Source: a virus (Duplodnaviria > Caudoviricetes). Taken from it: DNA of 53,580 nt. The DNA lies in IMG/VR virus record IMGVR_UViG_3300044675_003079, positions 1 through 53,580 of that record; one strand, given 5' to 3'. The notes beneath the pieces were generated by a model, which ran no database searches, had not been told where the DNA came from, and was given only the letters and a program-made list of their open reading frames with translations. Shown here piece after piece: positions 26,412 to 36,124 of the stretch; positions within the stretch are counted from its first letter, which is position 1, and each line of letters begins with the position of its first letter. The position numbers were made by a program, and so were the translations under genes.

Positions 26412-26600
26412 ATGACAATTATTGACGCACCACCATCCACCGTTCTCTCACCAGCCTTCTTTGATGAAGTGGTGTACCTACTCCGACGTCTGGTCGTTCA
26501 CGGCGCCGAACAAGAGATGCTGTTCCGTGTCATGGATGTGGCTTCGCACGCGCGCGACAAGTCCACCACGGTAAAGTCTTGCACCTGTTGTCAACACTGA
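26412..26600 (+). CDS. hypothetical protein
   Basis: 62-aa ORF filling the gap. Confidence 0.45.
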   Translation: MTIIDAPPSTVLSPAFFDEVVYLLRRLVVHGAEQEMLFRVMDVASHARDKSTTVKSCTCCQH

Positions 26601-26615
26601 TAACCTGCCAACAAA

Positions 26616-26711
26616 CGTGACCGTCGTGTCTCCGACCCCTCATTCGTACCCATAGTGGTCTTGGGTTAGTTCGGGACACGTCTGTCTGAGAACTGGTCGG
26701 AGGGTCGGATG
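26616..26711 (+). promoter_or_regulatory. structured 5' leader with GTGACC-N3-GTGTCT motif and alternative pairings over the SD
   Basis: 26625-26635 pairs with 26671-26680, or 26631-26641 pairs with 26700-26709 (SD and start). Confidence 0.5.
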
Positions 26712-26897
26712 GCAAAGTACAGAGTGCTCGTAGGTGTTGAATACGCCACGCGTCGTGCCGAAGTCGGCGAGATAGTTGACGACATTCCTGCAAAGTCCAT
26801 CAAGTGGCTTCGCGAGCAGGGTTTGATTGAAGCAGTTGATGCAAAGGGTGCAGTCGTTGAAACAGACGACGAACCCACCACTGAGGGAGAAGAATAA
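26709..26897 (+). CDS. small virion-associated protein
   Basis: YRVL.G..Y...R.E.GE.V.D.P...I.WL...G.IE pattern, often found before tail tube genes. Confidence 0.7.
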   Translation: MAKYRVLVGVEYATRRAEVGEIVDDIPAKSIKWLREQGLIEAVDAKGAVVETDDEPTTEGEE

Positions 26898-27613
26898 TGC
26901 CATTCCGTCACGGTAAGAACACAAAAGTTCTGGTCGGTAACTACGACCTATCGTCTTATTTCAATGAGGCGTCTGCTTCACAATCGGTTGAGACAGGCGA
27001 GACAACCACCTACGGCACCAATGCAAAGACCTACGTTGTTGGGTTGGCTGACGGAACTATCTCAATGAGTGGAATGTTTGACGGTGAGGCAAACGCCACA
27101 GACCAAGTCCTCTCCACCCTTCTTGGCGATGCAAACGGTGCTGTCATCACAATCGCCCCTGAAGGACTCGCCCACAGCAGGCGCGTCAAGTCAGCCAGCA
27201 CCATTGAAACTTCGTACGAAATCTCTAGCCCTGTAGCCGACGTTGTCTCGGTCAGCGCCGAAGCCCAAGTCACAGGAGGCATTGGCAACGCCATCAGCCT
27301 TCGCGACCTGACAAGCGCCACCACAACAGGAACAGGAACTGCTCTGGACAACTCAGCGTCCTCAGCAAACGGTGGTGCAGGAGTTCTGCACGTCACCTCA
27401 AACTCTCACAACGCCGGCGCCACGTTTAAGGTTCAGCATTCTGCTGACAACTCAACATGGGCTGACCTAGTCACTTTCACCGTAGTCAGCACAACAGCGC
27501 TGGCAAACGAGCGCATTGCCGTCACTGGCACAGTCAACCGTTACCTTCGTGCGTCACACACGCTTGCCGGTACGGGTGGCATCACATTCCACATCAACTT
27601 CTCACGAATTTAA
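26897..27613 (+). CDS. tail tube protein paralogue 1 with C-terminal extra domain
   Basis: Shares FRHGKN, ETGETTT, SYE.SSPVADVV..SAE.QVTG with ORF 27626; ~100 extra C-terminal residues. Confidence 0.75.
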   Translation: MPFRHGKNTKVLVGNYDLSSYFNEASASQSVETGETTTYGTNAKTYVVGLADGTISMSGMFDGEANATDQVLSTLLGDANGAVITIAPEGLAHSRRVKSASTIETSYEISSPVADVVSVSAEAQVTGGIGNAISLRDLTSATTTGTGTALDNSASSANGGAGVLHVTSNSHNAGATFKVQHSADNSTWADLVTFTVVSTTALANERIAVTGTVNRYLRASHTLAGTGGITFHINFSRI

Positions 27614-27625
27614 GGAGAAACAATC

Positions 27626-28060
27626 ATGGCTTTCCGTCACGGTAAAAATGCGGTACTCAAATTGGATAACTCAGCAGGCACCCTTGTTGACCTTTCTGCG
27701 TATCTAGACGAAATATCAATGCCTCGCTCAATTGAGACAGGCGAAACAACCACATTTGGCTCTACAGGTAGCGCCAAGACCTACGTCACAGGATTGTCAG
27801 ACGCGACAATTTCTCTTGGTGGCAAGTTTGACTCAACAGCAGACGCGCACTTCTCAGGCATCCTGACTGCACTCTTGGCTGGAACAATTGACAGCGTGTC
27901 ATTTGAATACGGCAAAGAAGGCTCAACAGCAGGTCGCGTTAAGTATTCAGGAGAAGCACTACTCACTTCGTATGAAGTGTCCAGCCCTGTCGCTGACGTA
28001 GTAACCTTCTCTGCAGAACTCCAAGTAACTGGCGCTGTAACGCGAGGAACTTGGTCGTAA
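27626..28060 (+). CDS. major tail tube protein
   Basis: 144 aa; strong SD; directly before chaperone and tape measure. Confidence 0.8.
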   Translation: MAFRHGKNAVLKLDNSAGTLVDLSAYLDEISMPRSIETGETTTFGSTGSAKTYVTGLSDATISLGGKFDSTADAHFSGILTALLAGTIDSVSFEYGKEGSTAGRVKYSGEALLTSYEVSSPVADVVTFSAELQVTGAVTRGTWS

Positions 28061-28108
28061 CAACCAACAACGTGACCTTTGTGTCCTAAACCTCTTGAGG
28101 AGTAACCC

Positions 28109-28459
28109 GTGTCCATTCGTGACCAAATCCTGTCTGCTAAAGACTCTCATTCCGAAATGGTGACAATTCCCGAATGGGAAGTCACCGTTGAACTTCGCTC
28201 TATGTCTGGAGCGGCGCGCGCTGTCCTGATGCAGGAAGCAATGCAATCTGGTGGAAACATCAACATGGCAAAGGTCTACCCAGACCTTATTATCCAGACT
28301 TGCTTTGACCCTGAAACTGGAGAGCCTGTGTTCACTGAGGAAGACAGAGAAGCAATCCTTAGCAAAAACGGAGCGATTCTTGACCGTCTCGCAGAAGTAG
28401 CAACTCGCCTATCAGGTTTCAATGAAGCGGCGGTTGATGACGCGGGAAAAGACTCCTAG
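28109..28459 (+). CDS. tail assembly chaperone (gpG-like)
   Basis: V.IPEW...V.LRSMSG, DPETGEPVF; between tube and tape measure. Confidence 0.82.
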   Translation: MSIRDQILSAKDSHSEMVTIPEWEVTVELRSMSGAARAVLMQEAMQSGGNINMAKVYPDLIIQTCFDPETGEPVFTEEDREAILSKNGAILDRLAEVATRLSGFNEAAVDDAGKDS

Positions 28460-28641
28460 AAAACAGTGAACTGCGCTTCCAATACGAACTTGCTGAACGT
28501 TTGGGGCGCACTCGCGAAGAGTTGCTGTACGGCTCGGGTGGTTTTCGCCCTATTAGTTCAGCCGAAATGACTCATTGGCGTGCGGTGTGGAAACTTCGTG
28601 CGTGGGAGGAAGAGCAGTCCATGAGGCGCGGAAGGAGATAA
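28444..28641 (+). other. -1 programmed frameshift (G GGA AAA) and gpGT-like extension
   Basis: Slippery heptamer at 28444-28450, two codons before the stop; -1 frame is open (RLLENSELRFQYELAERLGRT...) to TAA 28639-28641, just before the tape measure start. Confidence 0.85.
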
Positions 28642-28644
28642 CGA

Positions 28645-31410
28645 ATGGCAACAGTATTTGATGTCCTTGCACGTTTCCGCGCCGACGTAACTGACTACAC
28701 CAGAAACCTAGACAAAGCCACCACAGCCACCGAGCATTTTGACACTGGCATTCAAAACGCCGGCAAACGTTCAATGGGATTGTTCGGCATGATGGCGAGC
28801 CGTTCAATGATGCTCGGCACAGCCGTTGTCGGACTTGCCCAGACCGCTGGAATGATGGGTATCAACACAGCCAAAGCCAATGAGCAGTCCGCTATCGGTT
28901 TTAAGGTGATGATGGGTTCGGCTGAAAAAGCAAAGAAGTTCATGGATGAGTTGATGGTGTTCTCTGCCAAGACCCCATTTGAACTTCCACAGTTGCGCGA
29001 AGCCGCGTCTAAACTTTTGTCAACTGGTGTGGAAGCAAAACGCATCATTCCAATCATGACTGTGCTTGGTGACGCCACGTCAGCAAAGGGTTATGGCGCT
29101 GACGCCATTCAACGCGCTGTGTACGCCCTTCAACAGATGTCCACTGCTGGTCGCGCAACTGGTCAAGACATGATGCAATTGACGCAGGCTGGTATTCCAA
29201 TTTGGGAAGCCCTCGCCGCGGCGATGGGTAAGACCATCCCCGAAATCAAGAAGTTAGGTGAGCAAGGCAAGATTTCCGCTGAGGATGTCATGAAGGCAAT
29301 TGAGTCAGGCGCTGGCGAGGGGCTTCAAAAGGTCAAAGGAATGATGGAGGAACAGTCAGGAACCTTGCAGGGTTTGATGTCCACATTCAAAGACACCGTT
29401 GGTCAGTCACTTGGAAAAATGATGGAACCAGCAGTTGAGTCAATCAAACAGGCTCTGCCGGGTTTGACTAGCATGATGGACAACCTTCTGAAGTCCATAG
29501 CACCAACAATTAACGGTGTGGTCGGCTCAACCCTCAAAGCCCTCGTTGACCTGCTTCCAGCGATTGAGCCACTCATTATCGGCTTTGGTGGTTTGTTCAC
29601 TGGCATGATGGCGGCTGTTGCCCCATTCATCCCATTGATAGTTCAACAAATGTCGTCACTCGCACCAGTGTTTCAAGGTCTTTCTGACTTAGTTGCTGTG
29701 CTCGCAGAAGGACTGATGCCTGTTGCGATGATTATTTTCCCTGCTCTTGCCGCGGTTGTCGGTCTTGCGTCTGGTTTGTTTGGCACGTTGTCAACATTTG
29801 TTATTGAAAATAAAGACGCCTTCATTGTTCTTGGTACTGCTATCGGTGCAGTGTGGTTAACCATGCAGGCAATTGCTGGCTTTGGGAAAATTATTACTTT
29901 CTTCAAGACGTTTAGCATTGCCTCAAAAATGGCGGCAGTTCAAACATGGCTGTTTAACAGCGCCCTTTACGCCAACCCAATCGGACTTCTTGTCGCCGCC
30001 ATTGTTGGTCTTATTGCTGTTGTTGTTTTGATGTGGATGAAGTTTGACTGGTTCCGTCGCGCCATAAAGGGCGTGTGGAACTTCATCGTTACGGCATTCC
30101 AAAAGGCAATCAACCTGCTACTCGGTTATTGGGAGTTTTGGATTAACACCTTTATTTCAGGCGTCAACTTGATTATCAAGGGGTGGAACAAAATCCCGTT
30201 CACCAAAAAGATAGAGCCGTTGAAAAAGGTCAACCTTCAACTGGACATCATGGGTGCAACAATTGACAACAACACAAAGAAAGCAGGCAAACTTGCTGGC
30301 AAACTCGCCTCGGCGGCGGACTTCCGCAAGTTTGAGGGTTGGAGTGGTGGAAGCGCGACAGACCCCAAAACTCCAACCCCGACACCGACTGGTGGTGGAA
30401 CTGGTAATCCTCTCCAGAAACTCATTGACTCCATCAACCAAATGTCTGCCGACAAAGTCAACAAGGCTAAAGGGTTCTTAGACCAGTTAAAGAGTCGCGC
30501 CGACGACTTTGCACGCTCTATCAAAGACGCAATCATGTCCGTTTACAGTTTTTCCAGCGCATTTGGTGCATCAAAGCAAAGCATGGACAATTATCAAAAC
30601 GCCCTAAATGGTGTAGCCAACGCTGAAAAGAAAGTCACCGACGCGCTTGCGAAGCGTGACATGAGCGCATACACCGATGCTGTTGCTGAATACAACAACG
30701 CTCAAACGGAACTGACGAAAGCAACTGCTGGTAAGAAAACCTTTATGGAGGCGTTGGAGTCTCAATACAATCAGGCTAAAGACTTTAGCGTCATGATTAA
30801 CCGTCTGCGCGCGGCTGGACTTGGCGAAGCAGGCATCGCACAAATTGTGTCTGCTGGTGCTGAAACAGGTATGGCTATCGGTACCGAGTTACTCAACGGT
30901 GGAACAGACGCAATTGGTAAAGCGAACACTTGGTACACCGAACTTGTGTCCACAGCAAACACGGAAGCCGAAGCCGCAAAGAACCAGTTTTATCAGGCAG
31001 GCATCACTCAGGGTGAAGCGCTTGTCAAGGGAATTACTGACGCCGCTAGCAAGTTGAAATTGAAACTGTCATCAAAGGGCATCACCGAAGCGCAGATGAA
31101 AAAACTGAAAAAGAACTTTGGCGTGGACATTGAATTCAGCATGAGTACGCTTGAGGACTTGGCAACTCCAATGGCGGCTGGTGGAATTGTGAGAGCACGC
31201 TCGGGTGGTACTTTGGCGCTTCTTGGTGAGGCTGGACGAAACGAAGCAGTCATTCCATTGCCACGAAACGGTGGTATGCCCGGTGGTAACTCGTACCACA
31301 TTGAGGTCAACGTCGGTGTTGGCGACAAACAAGAAATCGGGCGCGAGTTGGTTTCCATCCTTCAATCCCACGAAAAGCGCACTGGTCGTCTGCCGTTTAG
31401 GACTTTGTAA
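28645..31410 (+). CDS. tape measure protein
   Basis: 921 aa; FSAKTPFEL, QL..AGIP.W..LA tape-measure motifs; hydrophobic repeats; MAAGGIV...GEAG.EAVIPL C-terminus. Confidence 0.92.
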   Translation: MATVFDVLARFRADVTDYTRNLDKATTATEHFDTGIQNAGKRSMGLFGMMASRSMMLGTAVVGLAQTAGMMGINTAKANEQSAIGFKVMMGSAEKAKKFMDELMVFSAKTPFELPQLREAASKLLSTGVEAKRIIPIMTVLGDATSAKGYGADAIQRAVYALQQMSTAGRATGQDMMQLTQAGIPIWEALAAAMGKTIPEIKKLGEQGKISAEDVMKAIESGAGEGLQKVKGMMEEQSGTLQGLMSTFKDTVGQSLGKMMEPAVESIKQALPGLTSMMDNLLKSIAPTINGVVGSTLKALVDLLPAIEPLIIGFGGLFTGMMAAVAPFIPLIVQQMSSLAPVFQGLSDLVAVLAEGLMPVAMIIFPALAAVVGLASGLFGTLSTFVIENKDAFIVLGTAIGAVWLTMQAIAGFGKIITFFKTFSIASKMAAVQTWLFNSALYANPIGLLVAAIVGLIAVVVLMWMKFDWFRRAIKGVWNFIVTAFQKAINLLLGYWEFWINTFISGVNLIIKGWNKIPFTKKIEPLKKVNLQLDIMGATIDNNTKKAGKLAGKLASAADFRKFEGWSGGSATDPKTPTPTPTGGGTGNPLQKLIDSINQMSADKVNKAKGFLDQLKSRADDFARSIKDAIMSVYSFSSAFGASKQSMDNYQNALNGVANAEKKVTDALAKRDMSAYTDAVAEYNNAQTELTKATAGKKTFMEALESQYNQAKDFSVMINRLRAAGLGEAGIAQIVSAGAETGMAIGTELLNGGTDAIGKANTWYTELVSTANTEAEAAKNQFYQAGITQGEALVKGITDAASKLKLKLSSKGITEAQMKKLKKNFGVDIEFSMSTLEDLATPMAAGGIVRARSGGTLALLGEAGRNEAVIPLPRNGGMPGGNSYHIEVNVGVGDKQEIGRELVSILQSHEKRTGRLPFRTL

Positions 31411-34214
31411 TGGCTTATCCAGAACTGATTGTTGAGATTGCTTTTGATGCAAGCCCCTATGACGTCAGCCCAACGTGGACTCCTGTTACGGAGTTTGTTT
31501 CTGGGGTCAGTGTTCATCGTGGACGCGAAGGTGACTGGAATGACAGTTTTGTTTCAACAGCCACCATCACCTTAGTAGACCAAGACCGTCGTTTTGACCC
31601 GTTCAATACTTCAGGCATTTATTACGGACGTCTGAAACCACGACGTCAAATCAGAGTGCGCGCGTTGGCAAACAGCACCTACTACGACGTGTTTCGTGGC
31701 TTTGTCAATGGGTTTCCAACTTCGTACGTCAACTTGGGAACAGACCAAACTGTCACCCAAGTGGAGATTGAGGCGTTTGACCTTTTGGCGCTTCTTTCAA
31801 CAACTGAACTGCGTGGTGATTTGGCTGAAATTTACACCAAGTCACTCCTCCCTAAACATTATTACCGTTGTGGGGAGCCAAGTGGCTCAACAACACTGCG
31901 TGACTCGGGTTCAATGAACCTCGTAGCCAGTCACAACTCGGCATTTGCGAAACAACCAACAGCGTACGTTCCTTTAGGTTTTGGATTGTCTGGGAAAAGC
32001 GTCAACGTTGCGTACGGTGCATTTGGCATTGCCACTCAATCGGTGACATCAACAACTGGTGACCTGACGGTTTCTTGTTGGTCGGCAGGGACAGGTCAAG
32101 CGTCGCGAGACATTTTTGTAATTGCTGGTTCAGGGACGGATTACATCAAAGCGCGTGTTGGTTCGTCCTTTGGTTCAGGTGGAACTTACGTCCAGTTGAT
32201 TTACGGCAACTTCATTACAGCGTCCTACAGGGAAACAAAAACTGACAAGTTTGACAGCACCATCCCTCACCACTTTATTTTCACATACAAACAGTCAACG
32301 GGTGAAGCCAAAATCTATGTAGACGGTACGGATGCAACCGCGACGGGTGGAGCAAATCAGGCTGGTGTGCTTGTGTTCCCAACTGTCAACTTTAACTTCT
32401 GGGACGGTGCGTACCAAGACGTCGCCGTCTTTAATCGCGTCCTGACGGCAACAGAAATCACCAACTTGTACCAGTTTGGTCAAGGAAACCAGACGGAAGG
32501 AACTGGCGCGCGAGTTGAGCGACTGCTTGCCCTTACAGACGTTGACTCATCCATGTGGACGGTTGACGGTGGGTCATCTGGGATTATTGCTGGCGTTCCG
32601 TCGCCAAACACACCAATCATTGATGCTTTGCTTCAGGCTCAAAGAACAGAGGGTGGTTACTTATTTGTTGACCGTCACGGCGAGTTGCGAGCCACGAACC
32701 GTTTTTTCTTTCAGTCTTTGACCACGCCGTCCATCACATTTAAGGATGATGGTTCAGGGTTTGGTTACACAGGCGAAGTGAATATGTGGTACGACGGCGA
32801 CAACCTGCGCAACGACATCGTTGTTCAGTACGGAGGAAACGCCTCGTCACAGGTTTCTGGTTTGTACGACACAACGTCAATTGAAGATAATGGTCTCCAC
32901 ACGCTGACTATTGATGCGCAGTGTTCAACGGCGTCCGAGGCTGACGAGTTGGCACAGTTTTGGCTTCGGTATGGCGTGCAGAACCCACCGTCTATCAACG
33001 CTTTAGAAGTTGGCTTGCCAGCGTCCCTTGTGCAGTGGCAAACTTTGCTTAACCTTGAACTGCTTGACCGTATTCAATTCAGAAGGACACCTTCGCAAGG
33101 TTCGGCATTTCAACGTGACCTTTTGGTTAACTCCATTGAGTTGAACTTGTCACCAAAGAAATGGTCTATGAAGGTTGCTGGTTCGTCTCGTTTCACGGTT
33201 GCTATTTACGAACGCAACGCATCAGGGAGTGGAACATCGGGTCAATCAACTTCATCGGTAGTTAAAGACGCACCCGAGATTCGCAGTGTCGCGTCGGCGT
33301 ACACATTTGACACAGCAGTTATGTCTTGCGAAGTTAACGCTCTGGGGTTTTCTACAGCCGTTAAGTTGCAGTATGGAACGGACTCTTTGTTTGGCACTTA
33401 TACCGAGGTGACGCCCACACCGTCTACTGTCTCTGGTAGTTCGTGGACGGCGTGTTCAAAAACGGTCACAGGTTTAACAGCAGGAACGACGTACTACTAC
33501 CGTTTTGTAGCGACCAGTTCGGTCGGAACCGTTATCGGGTCTGGAGGTGGCTTCACTACTTATCGTCTTAAGACCGTTGCTTTTACCTCTAGCGGTACAT
33601 GGACTGCACCTACATGGGGTGGAACACCGATGACGGCTTGTTACTACGCGCAGTTGATTGGTGGTGGTGGTGGTAGTGCTGGCTACGGTGGAGGTGGTGG
33701 TGCAGGGCAGGCGTACCAACTGAATGTGACTTTGGCGAGCAGTATGACAGCCAGCATCGGTGGAGGACAAGGAAACACAACTCTTACTAACGTGAGTGGA
33801 ACCGCGAATGCTGGTGGCACGTTTATACCAGACTTGTTCGGCGACCCCAACGGTGGAGCCAACGGCGATGGCACCTACTCAGGAGGTGCAGGTTATTACG
33901 CGTTCTTTACAGGTGTAAGCGCTGGTGGTGGTGGCGCTGGAGCAGGAGGAGCAGGTGGCGCTTACCGCAATGTTTCTGGTAACCCTGCAGGTGGTCACGG
34001 TGGAGCGGCTGGCACAACTTTCTATTGGGGCATCTCCTACGGTGGAGGTGGCGGAGGTGCAGGCAACTTCGGTGCTGGAAACAGTATCGCTTCTACTTAC
34101 GGTGGTGGCGAAGGTCCGGGTGTGCGCGCCGCGCAAGCAGGCTATGCAATCTTTTTGTATTATGGACCGGCAGGTAGCCGTTCTGGAACTGGATGGAGCG
34201 AGGTGAACTATTAA
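31410..34214 (+). CDS. minor tail/tip protein with LamG-like, FN3-like and Gly-rich domains
   Basis: DRRFDP.N...G.L.P.RQIR N-domain; HH...Y...IYVDG...DVAVFNRVLT LamG-like; TGL..GTTYYYR FN3; Gly-rich end. Confidence 0.8.
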   Translation: MAYPELIVEIAFDASPYDVSPTWTPVTEFVSGVSVHRGREGDWNDSFVSTATITLVDQDRRFDPFNTSGIYYGRLKPRRQIRVRALANSTYYDVFRGFVNGFPTSYVNLGTDQTVTQVEIEAFDLLALLSTTELRGDLAEIYTKSLLPKHYYRCGEPSGSTTLRDSGSMNLVASHNSAFAKQPTAYVPLGFGLSGKSVNVAYGAFGIATQSVTSTTGDLTVSCWSAGTGQASRDIFVIAGSGTDYIKARVGSSFGSGGTYVQLIYGNFITASYRETKTDKFDSTIPHHFIFTYKQSTGEAKIYVDGTDATATGGANQAGVLVFPTVNFNFWDGAYQDVAVFNRVLTATEITNLYQFGQGNQTEGTGARVERLLALTDVDSSMWTVDGGSSGIIAGVPSPNTPIIDALLQAQRTEGGYLFVDRHGELRATNRFFFQSLTTPSITFKDDGSGFGYTGEVNMWYDGDNLRNDIVVQYGGNASSQVSGLYDTTSIEDNGLHTLTIDAQCSTASEADELAQFWLRYGVQNPPSINALEVGLPASLVQWQTLLNLELLDRIQFRRTPSQGSAFQRDLLVNSIELNLSPKKWSMKVAGSSRFTVAIYERNASGSGTSGQSTSSVVKDAPEIRSVASAYTFDTAVMSCEVNALGFSTAVKLQYGTDSLFGTYTEVTPTPSTVSGSSWTACSKTVTGLTAGTTYYYRFVATSSVGTVIGSGGGFTTYRLKTVAFTSSGTWTAPTWGGTPMTACYYAQLIGGGGGSAGYGGGGGAGQAYQLNVTLASSMTASIGGGQGNTTLTNVSGTANAGGTFIPDLFGDPNGGANGDGTYSGGAGYYAFFTGVSAGGGGAGAGGAGGAYRNVSGNPAGGHGGAAGTTFYWGISYGGGGGGAGNFGAGNSIASTYGGGEGPGVRAAQAGYAIFLYYGPAGSRSGTGWSEVNY

Positions 34215-34552
34215 TGCATTACTACTATGCGCAAGTCATAAATGGTGTTGTTGAGAACACCATTGTCGTGGACGAGACAGCCTTGCTGGACGAACACGGA
34301 AATGAACAAGACGAGATAGGTATTGCTTTCTGTCAGCAGTTTGGTTCTGGTCAGTGGGTCAGGACTTACTTAACAGGCGAACAACGTAAATGGTATGGAG
34401 CGCCGGGCTTCTCCTATCGTGCCGACCTTGATGCCTTTGTGCCACCAAAGCCACCCGTGGAATGCACGCTGGATGAGGAACTTTGCCATTGGATTACCCC
34501 TGATGGAACAGACCTGAACGCCCCACCTCCACCTCGGTCAATGGAGCCATAA
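34214..34552 (+). CDS. hypothetical protein usually following Gly-rich fibres
   Basis: YYAQV..GVV...W.RT......RK.Y...G..Y...DAF.PPKP pattern. Confidence 0.7.
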   Translation: MHYYYAQVINGVVENTIVVDETALLDEHGNEQDEIGIAFCQQFGSGQWVRTYLTGEQRKWYGAPGFSYRADLDAFVPPKPPVECTLDEELCHWITPDGTDLNAPPPPRSMEP

Positions 34553-34603
34553 CCTATACTGGTGTGAGAGTCGTGACCCCCGTGTCCTAAACGGGAGGTT
34601 CCC

Positions 34604-34834
34604 ATGAATTTGAAGTCCGCTATCATTCGCCTTGCGAGTGTGTTTATTACTTCTGCAGTACCTGTGATTGGTGTCGGTTCCGTCTTTGGCGTGTCACCTT
34701 TGATTTCTGCGGCACAGGCTGGCGCTTTGTCAGTCCTGCGTGTTGTCAGTGCTTTGGCTGTTGCCTACAAGAAGGACGGCAAGTTAGATGCGACTGAGTA
34801 CGAGGCGGCGTTTGACGTCGCCGACCAGCAATAA
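34604..34834 (+). CDS. small membrane protein, holin-like
   Basis: Two hydrophobic segments; KDGKLD..E tail; lysis region. Confidence 0.55.
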   Translation: MNLKSAIIRLASVFITSAVPVIGVGSVFGVSPLISAAQAGALSVLRVVSALAVAYKKDGKLDATEYEAAFDVADQQ

Positions 34835-36119
34835 GACTCGGTTAGTTCTTTCGCTCATTTTTGCTGGCACCTTGTTCGGTGTCACGTCGGTCAACGCCCA
34901 AGAAGGCATTGATTACGGCGTCAACGTCGCAGTGTATGACAACTATGGCTACAACGGCGCGCCTCCACTCCCCGGCGCAGACCGTTTAGTCGGGGAAACC
35001 ATCCAGTCAAACATTGAGCATTTCTTTGATGAAGAGCCGTTGTTCAATATTTACGAGGACTTCGCTGTCCGTTACACGGGTTTCTTAACGGCACCGACAA
35101 CGGGAAATGTTGAATTCATGGTTCAAGCCGACGACGGAACAATGCTGTTCCTGAACGACGAACTGGTGACAGACGATTGGTACGACAAAGGAGGTGGAGG
35201 CACTGTCAGCGCCCCTGTCTACATGGTCGCTGGACAACCAGTCCCGTTCACGCTTTGGTTCTACGAGAACGGAGGTGGCGCGTGGATTCAGTTTTGGTGG
35301 ATGCATGAATACCAGTGGGAGATTGTCCCTCCGTCGGCTTTCAGCCTGACAGCAACGCAAGCGCCCATAGCAACGACAACCACAACGTCCACGACCACTT
35401 CCACAACGACCTCAACGACCACCACTTCGTCAACCACGACGTCAACGTCCACGACCACTTCAACGACCTCAACGACGGTTGCTCCAACCACGACATCGTC
35501 TACCACCACTTCCGTGATAGCGACAACCACAACAGAACAGCCGACAACAACGACATCCCTGCCAACCACAACAAATGCGCCATCTACAACCTCCAGTTCT
35601 GTACAAGTACCTGTACAAGTTACAACAACGTCTGTGACGGAAACCACAACCCCAGAGACAACTGTTCCTGTGATTGAGCCAGAACCTGAGCCGTTGACCG
35701 ATGAGCAGTTTCAGGAGTTGGTTGACGTCATTCAGTCTCCTGATGCAACTCCCGAACAACTGAGGGAAGCCATCGCAACAATTCTGGACACACCAATAAC
35801 CGAGGAGCAGGCTTTTGAGTTGGCGACCAGCCCTGCTGTTCTTGAAAACTTGACCGAAGACCAAGCCACCGAAGTGTTTGATGCGGTTGTTGTTGATGAC
35901 TTGACTGACGCCGAAGCAACAGCGCTGGTTAACGCAGTGCAGGTGCAAGACGACCCCGTTCGCGAGGCTTTTGAGCAGGAAATCAACGTGTTTGGTGGAA
36001 AAGCCGACACCTATGTCCCTCTCGGTTCAAACATTCCCGTTTCGCAACGACGCGCGTTGATTGCCATTGTCACGGTTTCCTCAATGACACCGTCCTTCAC
36101 CACTAACAAAAGAAAGTAA
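34788..36119 (+). CDS. exported PA14-domain protein with a Thr-rich mucin-like linker
   Basis: Signal-like N-terminus; F.VRYTG, ADDG..L, W.DKG, WFYENGGGA PA14 motifs; ~100-aa Thr/Ser tract. Confidence 0.78.
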   Translation: MRLSTRRRLTSPTSNKTRLVLSLIFAGTLFGVTSVNAQEGIDYGVNVAVYDNYGYNGAPPLPGADRLVGETIQSNIEHFFDEEPLFNIYEDFAVRYTGFLTAPTTGNVEFMVQADDGTMLFLNDELVTDDWYDKGGGGTVSAPVYMVAGQPVPFTLWFYENGGGAWIQFWWMHEYQWEIVPPSAFSLTATQAPIATTTTTSTTTSTTTSTTTTSSTTTSTSTTTSTTSTTVAPTTTSSTTTSVIATTTTEQPTTTTSLPTTTNAPSTTSSSVQVPVQVTTTSVTETTTPETTVPVIEPEPEPLTDEQFQELVDVIQSPDATPEQLREAIATILDTPITEEQAFELATSPAVLENLTEDQATEVFDAVVVDDLTDAEATALVNAVQVQDDPVREAFEQEINVFGGKADTYVPLGSNIPVSQRRALIAIVTVSSMTPSFTTNKRK

Positions 36120-36124
36120 CCACC

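Noticed and set aside
17267-34214. Diversity-generating retroelement acting on the fibre genes
   Set aside because: No reverse transcriptase seen and no near-identical template/variable repeat pair; the two Gly-rich modules are only distantly related.
35370-35660. ACN-rich tandem repeats as a CRISPR array or satellite
   Set aside because: Explained by Thr codons of the mucin-like linker; no repeat-spacer structure and no cas genes.
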